Shown: one piece after another, positions 9,801 through 16,277 of the stretch | How the letters are laid out: each line of letters opens with the position of its first letter | How positions within the stretch are numbered: position 1 is the first letter of the stretch | DNA from: a virus | Lineage: Duplodnaviria > Caudoviricetes | Virus record (IMG/VR): IMGVR_UViG_3300028586_000768 | Location: 1 to 26,154 of that record | Direction: 5' to 3' (one strand) | DNA length: 26,154 nt | The notes under the pieces: model-generated | What the model was told of the DNA's origin: nothing | The model's database searches: none | The model's input: only the letters and a program-made list of their open reading frames with translations | Program-made: the position numbers and the translations under genes

Positions 9801-12737
9801 CCGCTCTGCGCCCTCCAGCAGCTTGTACCCCTTGCTGCCGTCGGAGAAAAACCCCTTGGCGGCGCTGGCCATGTCGCCATAACCTTGCACCCGGTTCTTG
9901 ATCTCGCGCTCGCCAAGCTCGGTAATAGTCTTCAGGTACGCAACTTCGTTGAAGTCCTTCTGGCCTCGGGCCTTTTCAGCATTTTTGCGAGCCTCAGTAA
10001 TTTCAGCCTGACGCTTGCTGTAGCTGTCCATGTTCGCCATCAGCTTCGACAGCGCGTCGCCGCCGGCGCCGAACGCCTCACGCAGCGCTTCGCCGAACGT
10101 CTGGGCCTTGGATGGGTCGAGGAACTTGTTGAGCTCCTCAAGCGCTTTCTTGGAGGTGTCGTCTGCCTCGGCTTTCGTGGCGCCAACCTGCTTGCCCGTC
10201 GCCAGCTTTCGCAACTCGGCTGCTTGCTGACGGTAGACCTCTACCAGCTCGTGTTCAGGCTTGACTGCGGCGATCGATGCAGCCGTCTGTTCCTTCTGTG
10301 CCGCCGCAGCAAGCAACCGCTTCGCAGCGAGATCGGCAACTTCAATCTTGCCCAAACCGATCTCCGCATTCGCCAGCACTTGCGCATCGACCTGGTCTTT
10401 GAGCGATTTAAGCTCGGCCTCAGCGCTCTGGATGCCCTTACGGTGATTGTCTTCATTGTCTTGGAAGCGGCGGAACTGCGCGGTTGCAAGGTCGTTTTCG
10501 AGTTGGGCTGCTCGACTAACTTTTTCGGCCTGGATCTCCGCAAGATCCCTTTCTACTTGAGCTACCTCAGTCTGCCCATCCCTAAGCTTCCGTGCTAACG
10601 CTAGCTGACGTTGTGCCTTTTTCTCCTTCTCATCTAGAAGGCCAAGCTCCCGCTCCGCCGCCGCCCGCAGCGCTTCGTCCTCACCAATCTCACCGAGAGC
10701 TTTGCGGGTAGCGATGCGCCCTAATTCTCGCTGCAGCATCAGATCGGCAACGCCATCAAGCTTGTGTAGGCCGGCGATACTGGCTTCGATTGATTCGTTG
10801 TTCGCTGCAGCGCGTGCAGCGGCGATGCGCTCGTCGATTTCCTTCTGGGCCACCCCAGCAGCCAGGCCCTCGCGAGTGATTCTCGTTACAGTATTCTCAA
10901 GTTTGGCGGCTTTGCTCAGATACTGGTCGGCGCCATCGTTCCAGGTCTGCAGAGTCTTTTGCATCTGCTGTCGAACGGCTTCCTGCTGCGAATCCCACTC
11001 CTCCTTATTGATCTTGTAGACAAGCTCGATTTCTTCCCGCTGCAGTGCTTTTTTGTCCGCCTGGTTTAATGCACGTTGGGTTGCCCCGGAGAAGCCAGAG
11101 CGATCCCCAAGAGCCATGGGTGACGGGGCTTTGTCGGCATCAGCGAGCGCAGCGCGAACTTCTTCCAGCCGCTCTTTTGGCGTTTGAGTGCGACCCACTC
11201 CAAGGAATTCGTCCCATGCTGATTTAGCCGCTCCAGTGGCGCCGCGCCATGCACGTTCGACGAGCCCCAAATTCTCACGCATTTTGCCTGTGCGCTCAGT
11301 GAACGCTGCGACGTATGCCTTCTGCGCCATTTCGCCGGCCTCTTCGGCCCTGCCTTGCTCTTCCAATGCCTTGATCTGCTCGAGCGTAGTCCCGGTCAGG
11401 TAGCGGTATGCATCGTTCAGTCGGCGGCTGGCCTCGACTGGAGAGTTGCCCAACTCAGCCAAATCGCTGACAGTCGTTTCGATGCTCTGGCCGACATCCT
11501 TTTCCATCTGAACTGCCAGGAGTCCGAAATCGCGAAGATTTTTAGCGCCGACTTGCCCACTGCCAGCGAGCGCAGCGACTGCTTCTGAAGCCTTCGCTTG
11601 CGTACCGGTGGTCTTGCTGATTTCCCGAGCGAGGTCTGCTAATTGGTTTCGGCTGGTCCCTGCGACATTGCCGGACAGGATGATGGCACGGTTGTACGCG
11701 TCAGCCTCTCTCGACCCTTGGTAGTAGGCGGCAGTAAGTGCAACCGCCGCCGCGGCAGCAAGGGTGTACGGGTTAATGAGTTTCATCAGCTCGTTACCCA
11801 AGGCTTGCGCAGCCGGCCGGATGCCGCCGAATGTATCCCTCAGTTGTCCGCCTTGCTGGATCAACACTGTGAGCGGATCCATCCCGCCCTGCAGAGAGGT
11901 GATCATATCGGTCACTTGCGCTGGGACTTGGCGCAACGCGTTGGCGGTTTCACCTGCCGACATGCCGGTGTCGTTGAAGGCCGACTCCGTCTCGCGAAGA
12001 CGCTGGATCAAGGGCCCCGCCTGCTCGGAAATCCCTAACTGCGCCGCCTGCATCTCGAGCAGCTGCGAGCGGGTCTTGCCGATCGAATTGACTTGATTCG
12101 TCAGATTCGAAATGAAGTTATCGCGGCCGGCTTGCGCCTGCGCAGCTTCACGTTGAGCCTGAGCTTCAGCGCGTGCGGCATCGGCAATCTGCTCATGAGC
12201 GGCGCGCATGTTCTGGAGCTGCAGGATCAGATGCGATGCTTCTTGAGCGGCGCCTGCCTGGGCAGCACGGTAGCGAAGCACTTCGTCCGTCGACTTCCCA
12301 TACAGAGCAATCTGCTCACGCAGGCTCGCTACGAAAGCCTCCTTAGTCGCTTGTGCTTGGGCCAGCTCGCGCTCTGCGTCTGCTTGCGCGCGCGCTGACT
12401 CGGCAGCCTGATTCTGGGCCACTTCGACTTCGCGTAGTCGATTTAGGTAAGGGGCGAGAGAAGCGGGATCGGCGAGCTTTTGACTTCCGATCTGCTCAAA
12501 ATAAGCGGCCGTGCTGCGCCCCCCAGCCTCCATTGCAGCAGTGGTGCGCTGGATTGCACCGATGATGGTTCGCTGGGCAGCGTCGATCGTACGCCCGGAA
12601 CTGGAGGCCCGCTCCCCAGCCTGAGAAACCGCTTGACCCGCTCGCTGTGCCGCATCAACAGCCGGCCTGAGACCTGCCTCGACGCCGGACGCATCTGCAA
12701 CCACACGGATTGTTGCCTCGTTGACAATTTCGCTCAT
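6885..12737 (-). CDS. Tail tape measure protein (1950 aa)
   Basis: Very long Ala-rich helical ORF; lambda-TMP-like motif RQVPAQVTDMITSLQGGMDPLTVLIQQGGQLRDTFGG; likely start MSEIVNE at 12737. Confidence 0.95.
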   Translation of the reverse strand: MSEIVNEATIRVVADASGVEAGLRPAVDAAQRAGQAVSQAGERASSSGRTIDAAQRTIIGAIQRTTAAMEAGGRSTAAYFEQIGSQKLADPASLAPYLNRLREVEVAQNQAAESARAQADAERELAQAQATKEAFVASLREQIALYGKSTDEVLRYRAAQAGAAQEASHLILQLQNMRAAHEQIADAARAEAQAQREAAQAQAGRDNFISNLTNQVNSIGKTRSQLLEMQAAQLGISEQAGPLIQRLRETESAFNDTGMSAGETANALRQVPAQVTDMITSLQGGMDPLTVLIQQGGQLRDTFGGIRPAAQALGNELMKLINPYTLAAAAAVALTAAYYQGSREADAYNRAIILSGNVAGTSRNQLADLAREISKTTGTQAKASEAVAALAGSGQVGAKNLRDFGLLAVQMEKDVGQSIETTVSDLAELGNSPVEASRRLNDAYRYLTGTTLEQIKALEEQGRAEEAGEMAQKAYVAAFTERTGKMRENLGLVERAWRGATGAAKSAWDEFLGVGRTQTPKERLEEVRAALADADKAPSPMALGDRSGFSGATQRALNQADKKALQREEIELVYKINKEEWDSQQEAVRQQMQKTLQTWNDGADQYLSKAAKLENTVTRITREGLAAGVAQKEIDERIAAARAAANNESIEASIAGLHKLDGVADLMLQRELGRIATRKALGEIGEDEALRAAAERELGLLDEKEKKAQRQLALARKLRDGQTEVAQVERDLAEIQAEKVSRAAQLENDLATAQFRRFQDNEDNHRKGIQSAEAELKSLKDQVDAQVLANAEIGLGKIEVADLAAKRLLAAAAQKEQTAASIAAVKPEHELVEVYRQQAAELRKLATGKQVGATKAEADDTSKKALEELNKFLDPSKAQTFGEALREAFGAGGDALSKLMANMDSYSKRQAEITEARKNAEKARGQKDFNEVAYLKTITELGEREIKNRVQGYGDMASAAKGFFSDGSKGYKLLEGAERAFRAMELASQMESLYTHLFVTGAKATGTAAGQAVETGAVVAGEAARNVAKVPGVFMSFMSAMGPWGAAAAAVAVAAVLGGAFSGGGGVSVSESRQKSQGTGTVLGSDAKSESIAKSLEMIENATFQGLSVSTDMLSQLRSIDSNLTNFSTLVVQTTGIKGSLADGLESGSGGFWGKLGNSIFGGKTSVEDTGFSMNPIAFADVFRGWVDSYEYADTKKSGGWFSSDKYRTQIEGLGEEGNRQIALVLTSLYGAVESAGGMLGLAGKDFTDKLNGFVVDIGMVSLKGLSGEEIEKEIQAVFSKVGDQLALYSLDGLKDFQKSGEGYLETLTRIATGYQTVTVVADSMGMSFNAIGVGSIAARQRLIDLAGGLDAFKESADSFMSDFYTDKERADALRARIQPTLDKFGIQTGADDSMDQFRDVVKSLRLETAAGAQDFATLMQIMPAFKQIADIDAALFEDQVELARSRRDLEIQIMELTGDKVSALAATRALELAETDGSLHALLERVYGLQDEAAALELAGSKRQLEAQILGLLGDKAGQLAITRELELAGMDPALRALRQRYFALQDEAAAAEAANSLLTLQAQIYELTGDKAGAAAVLAQQHANALKELDPALRTATEQLWGLQAAAKGVEQVKAIAAALVTGVESAFTALQSVVGREKALLQDVANKHKALADALRGTLDSMSVSGQERQDRSAAQAQIAAALAIAKASGTLPDVDSLKGALSIVGKDSASLFSTQEEYLRDFYATQGDIADLAGLTDKTLSVEEQSIKRLDDILANAQQQVNALKGLDTTMLTLVDVMRDFDRVLGSAQADPVASAGGTLTKLYRELLGRAPDAGGLEFYKARLAEGVTLEQIRNDILQSLEYKQLKGIPGFAGGGFFGGGYRVVGENGPELETTGPARIFNASETSGMLARMARPSEDYAALLAEVRVLRTAFGGLFPVLYQVAKNTGRGANSLEKMDRREEVNA

Positions 12738-12749
12738 CGTCCGCCCATG

Positions 12750-12802
12750 AAAAAAGCCGCCCGGAGGCGGCTCTAAATGCAAAAGCCAGCTGTACGCTGG
12801 CT
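12750..12802 (-). terminator. Two tandem intrinsic terminators after the moron gene
   Basis: AGCCAGC-GTACA-GCTGGCT-TTT (12802-12781) and AGCCGCC-TCCG-GGCGGCT-TTTTT (12772-12750). Confidence 0.75.
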
Positions 12803-12811
12803 CAGTTGTGT

Positions 12812-13174
12812 CTACTCGCCCTTAACGCATAAGGGATCTGGTTTTGCTTTGAATCTTCGCTGAAGCGCATCCTCATAGGCCCCGGCAGCAGCGATGCAGC
12901 TGCTGATTGCTCGCCCATATGCAGCGACTTGCTCTTGCTGCTTTTCGGTAGAAGCGCCTTGAGCCAGGCTCTTCCGTATGAAATCTCGGGTTACTTGAGA
13001 GTAGCCCTCATTCCGGATGTGCCGCATTCTGGCTGAGCAATAAGCCTTGTCAAGCTCGCGCTTGCCCGCCTCTTTCAACATGAGATATTCCGGCTTGTCG
13101 CAAAAGACCTCATCTCCAGCCAGCACTGGAACGCTGGCGCCTCCGAGGGCCATAGCCAAGAACAGGTATCGCAT
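12812..13174 (-). CDS. Moron: secreted/periplasmic helical protein with 4 Cys (120 aa)
   Basis: GGAGG RBS before ATG 13174; signal peptide MRYLFLAMALGGASVPVLA; own downstream terminators; lower GC. Confidence 0.75.
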   Translation of the reverse strand: MRYLFLAMALGGASVPVLAGDEVFCDKPEYLMLKEAGKRELDKAYCSARMRHIRNEGYSQVTRDFIRKSLAQGASTEKQQEQVAAYGRAISSCIAAAGAYEDALQRRFKAKPDPLCVKGE

Positions 13175-13224
13175 CGCATCCTCCAAGTTTTGAGGGTGCA
13201 ATGGTACACCAGCCCGAAAGAGCA

Positions 13225-13257
13225 ACACGAAAAGCCCCGTTGAGGGGCTTCCCGCGT
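13225..13257 (-). terminator. 14-bp hairpin / intrinsic terminator closing the repeat RNA
   Basis: - strand ACGCGGGAAGCCCC-TCAAC-GGGGCTTTTCGTGT; fully paired with three G.U pairs on this strand only. Confidence 0.75.
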
Positions 13258-13262
13258 ACTAC

Positions 13263-13322
13263 CCATGCCGTGCCAAACCGCAGCACACCTTAGCTCACCC
13301 TGCTCAGCCAAACCAAACGATG
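13263..13322 (-). repeat. Pentamer array 1 (GGY-NN)
   Basis: - strand CGT-TT GGT-TT GGC-TG AGC-AG GGT-GA GCT-AA GGT-GT GCT-GC GGT-TT GGC-AC GGC-AT GGG. Confidence 0.9.
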
Positions 13323-13374
13323 CTTACCGCATCAGACAGCACCCTCGTTGAAGATGCTGGCTGCTGTTGTCAGC

Positions 13375-13434
13375 CCATGTCTTACCTCGCCAAACCCGGC
13401 CTTAGCTCACCAGGCCTTACCCAAGCCCGCCGTC
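13375..13434 (-). repeat. Pentamer array 2 (GGY-NN)
   Basis: - strand GGC-GG GCT-TG GGT-AA GGC-CT GGT-GA GCT-AA GGC-CG GGT-TT GGC-GA GGT-AA GAC-AT GGG. Confidence 0.9.
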
Positions 13435-13499
13435 AAGCGAACGCTCCGCAGGGACTCGATCCCCAAGAAAACCACCAAGAGCTGACTTCTTGATGACCC

Positions 13500-13524
13500 A
13501 TGGGGTAGCGCCCAGCTACCCCAT
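13500..13524. other. Perfect 10-bp inverted repeat
   Basis: ATGGGGTAGC-GCCCA-GCTACCCCAT; no U-tract on either side. Confidence 0.7.
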
Positions 13525-13570
13525 CCTGCCGGTCTACGACACGCAGATGCGCTTGCAATCGTGCTAGCAC

Positions 13571-13599
13571 TTGCAATAGTCCCAAATTGGGACTAAGAT
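13571..13599 (+). promoter_or_regulatory. higBA promoter with overlapping operator palindrome
   Basis: TTGCAA-17 nt-TAAGAT; palindrome TAGTCCCAA-A-TTGGGACTA (13577-13595) fills the spacer, as expected for antitoxin autorepression. Confidence 0.8.
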
Positions 13600-13608
13600 G
13601 TGCGAACC

Positions 13609-13908
13609 ATGCGCGTAATCTCACTCAAAACCATCCGCGAATTCTATGAGCAACATGACTATGCAGACTCGAAAGAGCCGCTGTTGACTTGGTACAGGCA
13701 TGCACTCAACGCTACGTGGCCCACACCAGCAGATATCAAGGCTGATTTTGGCACTGCAAGCATCCTGAAAGAAGGTCGCGTGGTCTTTAACATCCACGGC
13801 AACAAGTACCGTTTAGTTATTTGGTTCAACTATCCGTATGGAATTGCTTATGTGAAGTTTGTTGGGACGCATGAGCAATACGACGCTATCGATGCTCAAA
13901 CCATTTAA
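13609..13908 (+). CDS. higB: HigB family mRNA interferase toxin (type II TA)
   Basis: MRVIS...W.TPADIKADFGTASIL...RVVFNIHGNKYRLV...VKFVGTHEQYD signature; toxin-first order. Confidence 0.93.
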   Translation: MRVISLKTIREFYEQHDYADSKEPLLTWYRHALNATWPTPADIKADFGTASILKEGRVVFNIHGNKYRLVIWFNYPYGIAYVKFVGTHEQYDAIDAQTI

Positions 13909-13918
13909 GGACACAATC

Positions 13919-14290
13919 ATGAACATCAAACCAATACGCACTGAAGCGGACTATCAAGAAATGCTTCGAAGGGTTGAGTCGCTCATGACGGCCGAGTTTG
14001 GCACGCCTGAGGGAGATGAACTAGATATTTTAGCGACACTTGTTCAAGCATACGAATCGAAGCATTATCCCCTAGAAGCTGCAGATCCAATCGAAGCTAT
14101 CAAATTTGAGATGGAGCGAACTGGCCTGACGCCGCGAGACCTTGAGCCAATGATTGGCAGACTAAATCGCGTCTATGAAGTCCTTTCCAGAACTCGTCCG
14201 CTCACACTTCCAATGATTTGGAGACTACACAAAGGACTTGGCATCCCGGCCGAGGCTTTGATTCAGCCCCCACGAGAACTCGTTGCCTGA
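13919..14290 (+). CDS. higA: HigA family antitoxin (HTH)
   Basis: IKPIRTEADY...GDELDILATLVQAYE...DPIEAIKFEME...RPLTLPMIWRLHKGLGIPAEALI; TAAGGA RBS. Confidence 0.93.
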   Translation: MNIKPIRTEADYQEMLRRVESLMTAEFGTPEGDELDILATLVQAYESKHYPLEAADPIEAIKFEMERTGLTPRDLEPMIGRLNRVYEVLSRTRPLTLPMIWRLHKGLGIPAEALIQPPRELVA

Positions 14291-14332
14291 TATTTCTCGC
14301 TGTTGCTAAGGGAGCGGCAATACTCCCTTTTC

Positions 14333-14641
14333 CTATTCCTCATCTCGATCGTTCATCGCACCGATAGCGGACGCCTCCATCACTTGGATGGACTCCTCAA
14401 GATCTTCGTACTCGTCCCGGGTGAGCTGCATGCGGTCCATCTTGTGGTGCAGCGGGGTGTAGTCCAGGCCGATCACGCCCATGCCGGCGCCGCGCCACTG
14501 CGTGCGCATATACGCGAAGAGGTCGTATGCCGGAATGTTTTCCGGCCAGATCTCAACGTCTTCATGCGGGTAATCCTCCGGCTTGAAGCCGCCGGCCTCC
14601 ATCTCCGCCAGGTCCTTCTTCGAAAGACCCGGCTCGTACAT
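14333..14641 (-). CDS. Tail assembly chaperone C-terminal part (gpT-like, DUF1799-like), probably made as a frameshift fusion
   Basis: EIWPEN...MRTQWR...IGLDY motif; in the -1 frame relative to the upstream chaperone. Confidence 0.85.
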   Translation of the reverse strand: MYEPGLSKKDLAEMEAGGFKPEDYPHEDVEIWPENIPAYDLFAYMRTQWRGAGMGVIGLDYTPLHHKMDRMQLTRDEYEDLEESIQVMEASAIGAMNDRDEE

Positions 14642-14658
14642 GGCGCCCGCGATCCGTC

Positions 14659-15111
14659 TTAGTTTCCCAAGCGGCCTTCGTTGATCGCAGCGCGGTAGTC
14701 GTCCTTCATCGCTTCGGCCATCGCAGGGAGGGTGTCGACCAGCTCGGCGACCGCATCCTGGTCGAACTCGGCGTCCAGGTTCCAGCCCTTGACGATCTTC
14801 ATGATGAAGTCGACGGCGACGGCCGACTGACGCTTGACGATTTCGGTCTGCGTGATGGTGAATTCGGGGATCGGGTCACCCGTTTCCTTTGCCTTCTCGA
14901 CGGCAGCCTTGAAGCGCTCGATTTCGACGTTCGCCTCGTCCTTCAGGGTCGCCTGCAGCTGATCGGTCAGTTCGGCCAGCTCGGTGCGCGTGCGGTACTT
15001 GTATTCGACTTCCATCGAGCCGGTCGTGCCGTCCAGCATCGCGGCCTTGATGGTCTTCTTGAAGCTCTCCGGGCGCTTGCCCAGGACGATTTTTTTGACG
15101 GTGTTTGCCAT
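14659..15111 (-). CDS. Tail assembly chaperone (gpG-like)
   Basis: Follows the major tail gene; IVKGWNLD..F motif; ends RLGN on a slippery site. Confidence 0.88.
   Translation of the reverse strand: MANTVKKIVLGKRPESFKKTIKAAMLDGTTGSMEVEYKYRTRTELAELTDQLQATLKDEANVEIERFKAAVEKAKETGDPIPEFTITQTEIVKRQSAVAVDFIMKIVKGWNLDAEFDQDAVAELVDTLPAMAEAMKDDYRAAINEGRLGN
14662..14668 (-). other. -1 programmed ribosomal frameshift heptamer G GGA AAC
   Basis: X XXY YYZ pattern immediately before TAA; the -1 frame (CTA AGA CGG ATC GCG GGC GCC ATG) is open into 14641..14333. Confidence 0.85.
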
Positions 15112-15205
15112 GATTTTTGTCTTTCAGAGGGGTGGGAATAAAAAGACCGCGAGGTGCGACCACGCGGCGGAAAGGCCAGCCCGAAGGGCCAGCCGGCAAA
15201 ACGGA

Positions 15206-15838
15206 TTAGTAGCGGACGACCTTGTTCTGCAGCGAGAAGGTCGCTTTCACGGCCATCACGTTGCCCTTGGACAGGGTCGGCGAAGGGTTGAAGCTGCAGT
15301 AGCCGGCGTAGAGCAGGACGTCACCGCCCGGCATGACCGCCTTCAGGCAGGTCAGCTTCACCCCGTCGGAAATCGCCTGCAGGGCGGCGTGGTGCGGCAG
15401 CGATTTGTCGTCAGCGATGGTCAGGGCGACGCTGGTCGCGCTGAAACCGTCTGGCAGCATCACGGGAGTGTCGCTGTCCAGCAGCTGCACCTCGACTGTT
15501 TTGCCCTCGCCGCCGGAAACGTCCGCCGCGGTGACACCCACGACCGGCACCCAGGTGGTGACCTTGCGCACCGAGCCGATGCCGGCGCCGGCCGGGAACA
15601 GGTTGACGTCGGTGGTGTCCAGTCCTTCCAGCACGAAGTTGGTACCGGTCGGCGACTTCACGCGGAAGACGCGGCCGTTTGCCTTGCTCCAGCCGCCGGT
15701 GTATTCGACGAAGTCGCCGGCGGCGAGGGTGTTGGTCGCGGTGCAGACGGTTTCCGCAGCATTGGTTGCGGCCGTGATCGACACGGCGGTTGCGAAGACG
15801 GACGCGATCGCGAACGCCAGGTTGTTTGGCAGTTTCAT
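15206..15838 (-). CDS. Major tail (tube) protein
   Basis: 210 aa between tail terminator and chaperones; ITAATNAAETV, GDFVEYTGGWSKANGRVFRV, SGGEGK motifs typical of tail tube proteins. Confidence 0.9.
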   Translation of the reverse strand: MKLPNNLAFAIASVFATAVSITAATNAAETVCTATNTLAAGDFVEYTGGWSKANGRVFRVKSPTGTNFVLEGLDTTDVNLFPAGAGIGSVRKVTTWVPVVGVTAADVSGGEGKTVEVQLLDSDTPVMLPDGFSATSVALTIADDKSLPHHAALQAISDGVKLTCLKAVMPGGDVLLYAGYCSFNPSPTLSKGNVMAVKATFSLQNKVVRY

Positions 15839-15878
15839 CAAGGGCCTTTCAGGTAAAGAGCCCGGAAGCCGGGCAAAG

Positions 15879-15908
15879 AAAAAGCCGCCCGGATTTCTCG
15901 GGGCGGCT
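15879..15908 (-). terminator. Intrinsic terminator-like hairpin before the major tail gene
   Basis: - strand AGCCGCCC-CGAGAAATCC-GGGCGGCT-TTTT. Confidence 0.6.
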
Positions 15909-15926
15909 CAGATGGGATTTGCTAGA

Positions 15927-16277
15927 TCAGCAGAACAGATAGAATTCCTGCCTTGATCCTCGGTATTTCGTAGTTGAGTCGTAGTCGTCCACGGCGCCGC
16001 CCACAACCTCAGGCTGCAGCGTTGATGCGGACCGGATGGAGTCGGCGACCTCTTTCCCGACAGCTTCGGCCTCTAGTACGGTCTTGGCCCAGGCGGTCAC
16101 CTGCACGCGGCGGATCTCTTTCTCGGGAATTTCGCCGGTCAGGAAGTTGATTGCTGGGCCACCAACACGCTGTACGACGATATACGGAGTTTCGGCGCCC
16201 TCATCGGCTACCAGCGGGAAGACTCGGCCGCCGGCGAGACCGCTAAGGACTTCCAGAATTTGTGTATAGACGCTCAT
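15927..16277 (-). CDS. Tail terminator / completion protein (DUF3168-like)
   Basis: GRVFPLVA...PYIVVQRVGG...RVQVTAWA; synteny. Confidence 0.85.
   Translation of the reverse strand: MSVYTQILEVLSGLAGGRVFPLVADEGAETPYIVVQRVGGPAINFLTGEIPEKEIRRVQVTAWAKTVLEAEAVGKEVADSIRSASTLQPEVVGGAVDDYDSTTKYRGSRQEFYLFC

Larger units (their letters stand above)
13225..13434 (-). ncRNA. Putative guide-like RNA: two GGY-NN pentamer arrays, each followed by a hairpin
   Basis: Array (13434-13375), hairpin (13370-13326), array (13322-13263), hairpin/terminator (13257-13225). Most A/C stem mismatches on + become G.U pairs on -. The variable dinucleotides match gapped sites at 15222-15250 and 14759-14787. Confidence 0.8.

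Noticed and set aside
7446-10598. Long + strand ORFs (428, 266, 282 aa)
   Set aside because: Antisense to the tape measure gene; codon-symmetry artefacts.
13075-13311. 78-aa - strand ORF crossing array 1
   Set aside because: Runs through a terminator hairpin and overlaps the moron gene out of frame; 5-nt periodicity is not a coding pattern.
13225-13434. CRISPR array or simple microsatellite
   Set aside because: No 23-47-nt direct repeats with spacers and no cas genes; the units are non-identical with variation concentrated at two fixed positions, unlike slippage repeats.
13433-13624. 63-aa - strand ORF as candidate effector of the arrays
   Set aside because: Overlaps the higBA promoter/operator, no RBS or recognisable fold; a degraded remnant cannot be excluded.
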